Shown in pieces: positions 15,689 through 22,695 of a DNA stretch of 22,695 nt; the first letter of the stretch is position 1, and each line of letters begins with the position of its first letter. This stretch comes from a bacterium (GTDB lineage: Bacteria > Zhuqueibacterota > Zhuqueibacteria > Oceanimicrobiales > Oceanimicrobiaceae). The stretch is taken from contig JBHHYI010000062.1 of the NCBI GenBank assembly GCA_046757525.1, positions 1 through 22,695 of the forward strand, in the 5' to 3' direction. Both the position numbers and the translations under genes were made by a program. The notes beneath the pieces were generated by a model. The model had not been told where the DNA came from. It did not search any database and saw nothing but the letters and a program-made list of their open reading frames with translations.

Positions 15689-17584
15689 CTATCTGTCTTC
15701 CAGTCTTGCCAGCGGGATTGCAACCAGGATTGTGGTGCCTGCATGAGGCTTGCCGGTGATTTTGACCTGCCCGCCCCAGAGATGGGCACGTTCTCGCATG
15801 CCCAGCAGGCCCAGGGATTTGTGACTTTTGAGTTCGCATTTTTTGATGCCGCGGCCGTTGTCCTTAACTTCGAGGGTTACCTGGGTTTTGGATTTGTGTA
15901 ATCTCACCCTGATCCGCGTGGCTTGCGCATGCCGGGCCACGTTGGTCAGGGTCTCCTGGAAAATCCTGAATAGGGTGGTTGCCCGATCTCGATCCAGGTC
16001 GAATTCTGCCGGCTTTGAGGAAGAGTTGCATTTGATGTTTGTGCGCCGCTCGAATTCTTGCGCTTGCCATTCAATGGCCGCCACGAGGCCCAGGTCGTCC
16101 AACAGATGGGGCCGTAGTTCCGTGGCAATCCTCCGTACGGTGTGAATGGTTGAGTCGATCACCGAATACATGGCCGTGAGCCGCTTCCGCAACGACTGTT
16201 GCTCCGGGGTGATCTTACCTTCCAACCAGGAAAGATCCATCTTCAAGACGGTCAAGGCCTGCCCTAATTCGTCGTGGATCGTCCGGGCGATGCTGGACCT
16301 TTCCTCTTCGCGCACGGTCTGCAAGTGGGCCGCCAGGTCCCGGAGTTGTTGGCGGGACTCTTTCAAGCGTTTCTCGGTTTGCTTGCGCTCGGTGATGTCG
16401 CGAAAAACCACTTGCACCGCCGGTTTGTTTTTGAAGGTAAAGGACATGGCTGCGACCTCAACGTCAATAGCGGTGCCATCGAGCTTCAGAAATTTCTCTT
16501 CAATGAGAGGAGCTCCTTTTTTCTCTTGTAAAGTCATCTGAATACGCTTCTTGGCCAGTTCTCGGTAATCAGGGTGCACGAAATCCAGGACCGGTTTGCC
16601 CAGGAATTCGTCTGGCTTCTTAGCGCCGAACATGGCGGTACAGGCTGGGTTCGCAAACACAATTTTCCCTTCGCTGTGCACGGTGATGGCAGCAGGGGAG
16701 ACTTCCACCAGTGCGCGGTAGCGTTCCTCGGTTTCCTGCAGAGCCTGTTTTGCGTGGACGCGTTCGGAGATGTCACGGACGATGCCAATAAAATGATGCT
16801 TGCCGTCTTTGACGAATTCCCCAAAAGAAATTTCCAGAGGTATCTCGGTCTTATTCTTGTGCAATCCGGTCAGTTCAATGGCATGCCACGACAACCGTCG
16901 GTGACCGCTTTTGAGGTAGTGCTGCAAAGCGTGCCGATGTCGTTTTTGCAGCCGCTTGGGCATCAGCATGGTGAGCTTGTTGCCCAGGATTTCAGACGCC
17001 GAATAACCAAATATCTTTTCCGCCGCACTGTTGACAAATGAGACCCGGCTGGCTTCATCGATCATGATGATGGCATCGGTGGCGGTCTCAGCGATGAGCC
17101 GGTACCGTTTCTCGCTGATTCGCAGAGCCTCCTCGGCTTGCTTTGGTGCGCTCAGGTCGCGAATCAAAAGGACGATCCGGATGGTGGCATCCGCAGCCTC
17201 CGCTGCCGAACAAATGAGAATCTCCACTGGAAACGACGTACCGTCCTTTTTTCGCATCCATGACTGAAGCTGTTCTGTTTTGCCGTTTTGAGCAAATTTA
17301 ACTTTGTCGCGTAAACCGTTTGCCAGATAGCTATTGATGGTTTCTTTCAGGGCCTCGAGACTATTTTCCGCAAATAGTTGTCGGAGTTGGATGCCCTGTT
17401 TGAAATGGTTTGGCGAGTAGCCGAAAAGGGCCAAAGCCAGACGATTCATGAAAGTTACGCGCAGTTCCGCAACGTCAAAGGCAAGCAGTGCTTCAGGCAA
17501 AAAGTAAAGAAACTCGTCAAAACGGTTTTGTAAGCTTTGTAATTCGTTTGCCATGGGCGGATGGTCTCGTGTTTTGGTAGACAT
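15689..17584 (-). CDS. Soluble PAS-domain sensor histidine kinase, HisKA_3 (NarX/UhpB/NreB) class
   Basis: Three PAS domains; EERSSIARTIHDELGQALT, LRPHLLDDLGL, FRIFQETLTNVARHA, DNGRG, LGLLGMRER. The AGGAGA RBS favours ATG 17584 over TTG 17590. Confidence 0.93.
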   Translation of the reverse strand: MSTKTRDHPPMANELQSLQNRFDEFLYFLPEALLAFDVAELRVTFMNRLALALFGYSPNHFKQGIQLRQLFAENSLEALKETINSYLANGLRDKVKFAQNGKTEQLQSWMRKKDGTSFPVEILICSAAEAADATIRIVLLIRDLSAPKQAEEALRISEKRYRLIAETATDAIIMIDEASRVSFVNSAAEKIFGYSASEILGNKLTMLMPKRLQKRHRHALQHYLKSGHRRLSWHAIELTGLHKNKTEIPLEISFGEFVKDGKHHFIGIVRDISERVHAKQALQETEERYRALVEVSPAAITVHSEGKIVFANPACTAMFGAKKPDEFLGKPVLDFVHPDYRELAKKRIQMTLQEKKGAPLIEEKFLKLDGTAIDVEVAAMSFTFKNKPAVQVVFRDITERKQTEKRLKESRQQLRDLAAHLQTVREEERSSIARTIHDELGQALTVLKMDLSWLEGKITPEQQSLRKRLTAMYSVIDSTIHTVRRIATELRPHLLDDLGLVAAIEWQAQEFERRTNIKCNSSSKPAEFDLDRDRATTLFRIFQETLTNVARHAQATRIRVRLHKSKTQVTLEVKDNGRGIKKCELKSHKSLGLLGMRERAHLWGGQVKITGKPHAGTTILVAIPLARLEDR

Positions 17585-17616
17585 TCCCAATCTCCTCTGA
17601 TTAAAAAGCCTGAATC

Positions 17617-17645
17617 AATATAACAAGATTTTGTGGGCTAAGCAA
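17617..17645 (-). promoter_or_regulatory. Sigma-70-type promoter of the HisKA_3 kinase
   Basis: Minus strand TTGCTT-N17-TATATT with an extended -10 TG. Confidence 0.6.
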
Positions 17646-17651
17646 TTCTTT

Positions 17652-17684
17652 TTGCTTGCATTTTTCCTGCTTTTAGACTATTAA
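17652..17684 (+). promoter_or_regulatory. Putative divergent sigma-70-type promoter of the FG-GAP gene array
   Basis: TTGCTT-N16-TAGACT, or TTGCAT-N17-TATTAA; the -35 is back-to-back with that of the kinase promoter. Confidence 0.4.
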
Positions 17685-17711
17685 TAAAGTAGCTTTGAAT
17701 CGGAGACCCTC

Positions 17712-19793
17712 ATGCGACACGCCCGATTTCCACTGCTTCTCATCCTTGTATTCCAGATCGGTCCCGCCTCTGCGCAACAATGGCTGTGGGTTCAGGACGC
17801 CCGAGTGCTCAATCGCAGCGGCGTGCAAAGTCGTGGCGTAGGACGCCTCGACTTCGGCGATATCGACGGCGACGGCTATGTCGATTTGCTCATGCTCGAT
17901 AAAGAAGGATTGCAAGCCTACCAGAACCTGACTGCCGAGAATTTCGTCCAGTTTCAAAGGCGACCGGATTGGGAAACGGGCATTGCCTTGGATTCTGTTG
18001 AATATTCCACTGTCCCTACATTGACTGACCTGGACGGAGATGGTAGGTCGGAGATGATCGTTCCGAATTCCAGCATCAAGGTCTGGAAAAACAGGGCAAA
18101 GACTGGAGAAGTCCGTTGGCAGCAAGCAGATTCCTTGCTTGCGGGTGTGCACGGTAGGCGGTATTTGGCCGTCGCAGACCTCGACGGCGACGGCGATGTG
18201 GATATTGTCACACGCAATCCGAACAAATTGTGGGTGTACTGGAATGTGGGAACGCCAACACAACCCGCGTGGCAGGCAGATTCCTCCGCCATTGACATGG
18301 CTGAGATTTTGCGAGAAACAGGAAGAAGCTCTTTTAACAACATCAGATTTGCTGATTTGGACAATGATGGCGACGCGGATTTCTTGGCGACTTTTGTGGT
18401 ACCCATTGCGTTTGGGGAGCTCGTTATTTTGGAGAATGTGAGCCAGCGGGACTCGTTGCACTTTCGACGCTTTGATCCACCAAAAGGCTTTTTCGGAGGT
18501 TGTCCTTTAATCGTTGCCGTTGGAGACGTCAACAATGACGACACGGTGGACCTCGCGCTTGCAGATCACGAACCGTTTGTTTCCTTCAGGAGAAATGCTG
18601 GTACGCCGGAACAAATGAATTTCGAAAGCCCCGTGCTTTGGGGCCGTCCCCAAGGTTTTTTGGAGACGGATGTTGCAGTGGGCGACCTGGACGCCGATTC
18701 CGATCCCGACCTGGTTTTGGGCACGGCGCAACCTCCCACGGACATTGCGCCCGCGGTTAGCCAAATACAGATTTATCCCAACGAAGGCAACGCGACTTTT
18801 TTTAACTGGCAACACCACAGGACTGTGCTCGATATTGGGTACCAGAATCTCAAAGCCACGGTAAGTTTCAACGATTTTGACAGCGATGGAGATTTGGACC
18901 TGGCGGTCGGCGCGGTTCTCGTCGAAGGAGATATTTTGCATTACAAAGAGATAGGTTCTGAAATCGGTTACTACAAGAATCTGACTGGTGGCCTGTTCGC
19001 AGCGTGGGAACTCGATTCCACGGTTTTTGCCCAGTTCGCCGTCGATTCCATTTACTACGATCCGGTCCTGTTCGATTTTAACGGTGACGCCGCCCTGGAT
19101 TTGTTGGTGCAGATGCAAGGTAGCTACCGATTCTTCGAAAACACTGGATCGGTGGACCAGTCCCAGTGGGAGATGAGATCGGATTGGTCGGTTGGTCTGG
19201 AAGAAGAGGCCCATTATCGTGCGGCTGTTGCCGATTTGACCAGAGACGGGCTACCCGATTTGGTATTTGGCGAATTGGACGGTAAGCTCAGTTTTTATGA
19301 AAATGTTGGGACGAGTTCCAAGCCGATGTGGCAGTTGCTTCCTGCCACATTCGAGGCAATCGCGGTGGATTCTGCGGCTGCACCGGCGTTTGGGGATTTG
19401 GACGGAGACCGCGATTTAGACCTGCTAATTGGAGACTCCCAAGGCAGAGTCTTTTACTTCCGCAACGAGTCCACGGTGGCGGTTGCTGCACAACCGAAGG
19501 CCACGCCGACAGATTTCAGGCTGTTCCAGAACTACCCCAACCCGTTCAACCCCGCCACCACCATCGAATACCAGATCGCCCGGCCGGGCCGGGTGCAGCT
19601 TGTGGTTTACAATCTGCGCGGCCAGCGGGTGCAGGTGCTGGTAGACAAGAAGCAGCCTGCCGGCACTTACCGCGTGAGCTGGGACGGTCGCCGTTCGGGC
19701 GGCAGCGCGCAAGTGGCCAGCGGCGTTTACGTTTATGAGCTGCGGGTTGGGGAGGCGGTAGTCCAGCGCAAGAAGATGGTTTTGCTGCAATAA
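17712..19793 (+). CDS. Secreted FG-GAP/VCBS-repeat beta-propeller protein with a T9SS type A-like/FlgD-Ig C-terminal domain
   Basis: Signal peptide ending ASA|QQ; about 10 DxDxDGxxD Ca-binding repeats; C-terminal FRLFQNYPNPFNP...YNLRGQ...WDG...SGVY...KKMVLL; GGAG RBS. Confidence 0.9.
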   Translation: MRHARFPLLLILVFQIGPASAQQWLWVQDARVLNRSGVQSRGVGRLDFGDIDGDGYVDLLMLDKEGLQAYQNLTAENFVQFQRRPDWETGIALDSVEYSTVPTLTDLDGDGRSEMIVPNSSIKVWKNRAKTGEVRWQQADSLLAGVHGRRYLAVADLDGDGDVDIVTRNPNKLWVYWNVGTPTQPAWQADSSAIDMAEILRETGRSSFNNIRFADLDNDGDADFLATFVVPIAFGELVILENVSQRDSLHFRRFDPPKGFFGGCPLIVAVGDVNNDDTVDLALADHEPFVSFRRNAGTPEQMNFESPVLWGRPQGFLETDVAVGDLDADSDPDLVLGTAQPPTDIAPAVSQIQIYPNEGNATFFNWQHHRTVLDIGYQNLKATVSFNDFDSDGDLDLAVGAVLVEGDILHYKEIGSEIGYYKNLTGGLFAAWELDSTVFAQFAVDSIYYDPVLFDFNGDAALDLLVQMQGSYRFFENTGSVDQSQWEMRSDWSVGLEEEAHYRAAVADLTRDGLPDLVFGELDGKLSFYENVGTSSKPMWQLLPATFEAIAVDSAAAPAFGDLDGDRDLDLLIGDSQGRVFYFRNESTVAVAAQPKATPTDFRLFQNYPNPFNPATTIEYQIARPGRVQLVVYNLRGQRVQVLVDKKQPAGTYRVSWDGRRSGGSAQVASGVYVYELRVGEAVVQRKKMVLLQ
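19452..19554 (+). repeat. 103-bp direct repeat, copy 1 (propeller/CTD junction)
   Basis: 96/103 identical to 21675-21777 by manual alignment; the first 45 bp are identical. Confidence 0.9.
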
Positions 19794-19925
19794 GGGGTCA
19801 CGGTTCGTGTGCAACCTTTCGACACATTTCGTCCAAACGGCTTGAGGCGAGGCTCAGGTTAAATTGGAGCAACTGGTTGTACATTTTATTCATCAAAATA
19901 TGGAATCATATCCTGGTGAGAACTC

Positions 19926-22010
19926 ATGAAACGAGTTTTATTGGTACTGATTATGTTTTTGTTTGAAACAGCCTCTGCCCAACAATGGCTGTGGGTGCAA
20001 GAGGACCGCGTTCTGAACCCCAGCGGCGTCGACATTCGCAATAACAGCGCCCAGTTTCAAGTGCTGGATTGGAACCACGACAGCCTGTGGGATTTTGTGA
20101 TCAACCAGGAAGGCGTCCTGGAATTGTACCAGCAGGTCGCCGGGCAACCCCCGGTTTGGGAATTAAAAAAGGTGGATTTTCCGCAGATTGGTTTTAATGC
20201 CGATTACTCAGGACCTCTGCCGAAGAATTTTGAATTCATCGATTGGGACTCAGATGGCGACTACGATTTGGCAGCCGACAGTTCTCTCTTCTGGTGGAAT
20301 CTGGGCAGCAACGCCAGTCCGAGGTGGGTGCAAGACGACTCCTTGCTGGCCGGCATTGAAGGAGGCTTCGACTTTTTCTTCGTGGATTACGACGGCGACG
20401 GCGATTGGGACGCCACCGCGGAACCCAAAATTTCGCCACAAGCTGCTTTTTTCTTAAACGAAGGGAGCAACCGACAGCCTCTCTGGACAAAAAATGACAG
20501 CTTGCTGCCGCCTGGCCAAGCTGCCCGATTTGTGCAATGGGATTCTGACCATGTTTTGGATTTAGCTTTGGTTACGGACGTGCCAGTTACAGACAGTCCG
20601 CTGATGTTGGAGTTGTCACCATTTCTGAACCAAGGCGATGCGCTGAATCCGAAATGGGAACGACGAAAGGAACGAATTCTACTCTGGATTGCAACGACAA
20701 GCGCGACCAAGCCTGCGTACGACATCGTTGATTTTGATTACGATTCGTTACTGGATGTTGTCAAAACCGATTGGAAGCTCCATGTTGCCGTACACTCAAA
20801 TCACGGTACAAGCGATTCCACAGGCTTTCTTGCTGCTCCAGATCTGCTCCTGGGACCCATTAATGTGACTTCCAAAGCTACCCCCGCATTTTTTGACGCC
20901 GATGCGGACGGATTTCGTGATTTAGTAGTTACTGAAGATATTGTCCTTTATTTTTCACTCGATTTTTTCACTGACGGTCGCATCCGGGCCTATGAAAACC
21001 TAAACGGCCATTTCGATCCCGGATTTCAATTAAAAGAGAACGTGCCGAAAGTAAGATTCACTTTCCAACCGAATCTGAAGAAAAGTCTCACCTTGTCATT
21101 TGCCGACGTCGATAAGGATGGTGACCAGGATTATTTGCTTGGCTTCATTCGAACCAATGGCGCGGATATGGAAGTTGGCACCGGCATTCTCTATTTTCAA
21201 AATAAAGGCACAGCGACTGAACCCAACTGGCAGGCGGATACTACGCGCTTCACTTCTTTTCTCCAGCCCGATTCTTTGTTCTACGCCCCGCAACTCGTCG
21301 ACATAGACCACGACGGTGACCTGGATCTGTTTCTGCAACGCCAGGAGGAGTACACCTTCTACGAAAGACTTGACACTGCAGAAGAAAGCTGGCAGGAAAA
21401 CCGGGCGTGGCTCATGGGCGTTAACTCCAGGCGGCACCACCAGGCAGTATTTGTCGATTTGACCCGCGACGGCAAAGAGGACCTGGTATTTGGCGAAGAG
21501 GACGGTACCCTGGTTTTTTACGAAAATGTTGGCACGTCCGCCTGGCCTCAGTGGCAACTGGTGGAGAATGTTTTTGGCGGCATCGACGTTGGTTTCTCCG
21601 CCGCCCCGGCTTTTGCCGACGTAAGCGGCGACGGTTTGGCGGACCTGGTGGTGGGCAATGCCGAAGGCCGGCTGTTTTACTTCCGCAACGAGTCCACGGT
21701 GGCGGTTGCTGCACAACCGGAGGCGGGACCGACAGATTTCAGGCTGTTCCAGAACTACCCTAACCCGTTCAATCCCGAAACCGAAATCCGCTACGACCTG
21801 CCGGCGGAAAAGCATGTGACGCTGACCATCTACAATCTGCTGGGGCAAAGAATAAAAACGCTGGTGGACGAAACCCAGAAAGCTGGCAGCTACTCGCTCC
21901 GGTGGGACGGCACCGATGCCCAAGGAAAGAAGCTTCCCAGCGGCGTCTATTTGTACCGCTTGGAAGCGGGCAGGTTTGTGAGGGTGAAGAAAATGTTGGT
22001 GGTGCGCTGA
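19926..22010 (+). CDS. Secreted FG-GAP/VCBS-repeat protein with a T9SS type A-like/FlgD-Ig C-terminal domain (paralogue of 17712-19793)
   Basis: ASA|QQWLWVQ N-terminus shared with the upstream gene; DxDxDGDxD repeats; NYPNPFNP...YNLLGQ...WDG...SGVY...KKMLVVR. Confidence 0.9.
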   Translation: MKRVLLVLIMFLFETASAQQWLWVQEDRVLNPSGVDIRNNSAQFQVLDWNHDSLWDFVINQEGVLELYQQVAGQPPVWELKKVDFPQIGFNADYSGPLPKNFEFIDWDSDGDYDLAADSSLFWWNLGSNASPRWVQDDSLLAGIEGGFDFFFVDYDGDGDWDATAEPKISPQAAFFLNEGSNRQPLWTKNDSLLPPGQAARFVQWDSDHVLDLALVTDVPVTDSPLMLELSPFLNQGDALNPKWERRKERILLWIATTSATKPAYDIVDFDYDSLLDVVKTDWKLHVAVHSNHGTSDSTGFLAAPDLLLGPINVTSKATPAFFDADADGFRDLVVTEDIVLYFSLDFFTDGRIRAYENLNGHFDPGFQLKENVPKVRFTFQPNLKKSLTLSFADVDKDGDQDYLLGFIRTNGADMEVGTGILYFQNKGTATEPNWQADTTRFTSFLQPDSLFYAPQLVDIDHDGDLDLFLQRQEEYTFYERLDTAEESWQENRAWLMGVNSRRHHQAVFVDLTRDGKEDLVFGEEDGTLVFYENVGTSAWPQWQLVENVFGGIDVGFSAAPAFADVSGDGLADLVVGNAEGRLFYFRNESTVAVAAQPEAGPTDFRLFQNYPNPFNPETEIRYDLPAEKHVTLTIYNLLGQRIKTLVDETQKAGSYSLRWDGTDAQGKKLPSGVYLYRLEAGRFVRVKKMLVVR
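21675..21777 (+). repeat. 103-bp direct repeat, copy 2
   Basis: Matches 19452-19554 with 7 mismatches. Confidence 0.9.
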
Positions 22011-22038
22011 ATTGTTCCAAGCAGAGGGATGGAAAGAA

Positions 22039-22695
22039 ATGAAAACAAAAACTACATCCATTCTTATTTTTCTGACGTTTCAGCCTTTGTTTAAAATAGC
22101 CTACGGCCAGCCTGCGCAATTTACGGAGGTAGCACAAGTTTCAGGCCTGTGGAATTCAGGCACTCCAGAAGTTCTCAACCGTGCACTACAAGCCACGTGG
22201 GTGGATTACGACCACGATGAAGACCTCGACCTATTCTATACGGATGGATTGAAGAATTTTCTGTTCCAAAATCAAGGGGGCGGCACATTTGCGAATGTCA
22301 TCGTCGGTACCGGGCTTGAAGACAGTTCAAATATTTACCTCGGTTCCACCTGGGGCGATTTTAATAACGACGCCTTAATCGATGTCTTTTTTAAGACCGA
22401 GATGAGTTTCCCTCAGCTGCTTTACCAGAATACAGGTCAAGGCTACTTTCAGGACATCACTCCAGCTTCTGGACTCCAGATTGAGGGCGGCGTCATGGAT
22501 GCCAGTTGGATGGACTACAACGGTGATGGATTTATCGATCTATTCGTTTGCAATTTAGTTGCTCAGACGCTGGTGTACCGGAGTAATGGCGATGGGACGT
22601 TTGCCAATGTCACGCCCGGTTCAGGCCTTGAAGCCGACAGTTCGAGGAATGTGGCGCTGTCCTGGTCGGACTATGACCAGGATGGCGATATGGAC
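22039..22695 (+). CDS. Secreted FG-GAP repeat protein, CRTAC1/ASPIC-like (5' part only; not in the ORF track)
   Basis: Manual translation is open for 219 codons to the window end: MKTKTTSILIFLTFQPLFKIAYG|QPAQFTEVAQVSGL...WVDYDHDEDLDLF...WGDFNNDALID...WMDYNGDGFIDLFV...WSDYDQDGDMD, with NxGxGTFxxV turns. Confidence 0.85.
   Translation, partial: MKTKTTSILIFLTFQPLFKIAYGQPAQFTEVAQVSGLWNSGTPEVLNRALQATWVDYDHDEDLDLFYTDGLKNFLFQNQGGGTFANVIVGTGLEDSSNIYLGSTWGDFNNDALIDVFFKTEMSFPQLLYQNTGQGYFQDITPASGLQIEGGVMDASWMDYNGDGFIDLFVCNLVAQTLVYRSNGDGTFANVTPGSGLEADSSRNVALSWSDYDQDGDMD

Noticed and set aside
19809..19832. ECF-sigma-like promoter TGCAAC...CGTC
   Set aside because: The spacer is about 14 nt, shorter than the usual 16-17.
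19452..21777. Diversity-generating retroelement TR/VR pair
   Set aside because: Mismatches are not confined to adenines of one copy, both copies are in-frame coding sequence, and no reverse transcriptase is in the window.
17673..22061. Long minus-strand ORFs (262, 235 and 321 aa) within the FG-GAP genes
   Set aside because: Antisense shadows; their mutual similarity comes from the 103-bp repeat.
1..22695. CRISPR array, tRNA/rRNA, transposase, integrase or phage genes
   Set aside because: No regularly spaced repeats or matching motifs were seen.

Overview
Bacterial chromosomal window. The C-terminal sorting domains (NYPNPFNP...KKM) suggest an FCB-group lineage such as KSB1 or Calditrichota; this is inference. 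Four blocks: (1) REP-like palindromes at 1-180, then an NtrC/PilR-family sigma-54 enhancer-binding protein (467-1849). (2) A compact type IV filament operon, pilB-pilC-pilA-(pilV/W/X-like)-pilM-pilN-pilO-pilP-like-pilQ, ending in a stand-alone receiver gene (2080-11877). It has no pilT, pilD, fimU or pilY1 in the window, and PilB and PilC are N-terminally short. (3) A signalling block with two atypical stand-alone receivers and two soluble multi-PAS histidine kinases on the minus strand, one with a FixL-like proximal His. (4) A divergent tandem array of secreted FG-GAP beta-propeller proteins, two with T9SS-type/FlgD-Ig C-terminal domains and a third cut by the window end. Three related sigma-54 promoters (380, 2039, 12136), a palindromic enhancer and positionally matched IHF-like sites tie blocks 1-3 into a probable self-contained circuit. 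Other notable points: a probable 1-bp frameshift in the leader of the PilW-like gene, a hairpin encoded inside a cleaved prepilin leader, and near-identical DNA bracketing the otherwise divergent FG-GAP paralogues.
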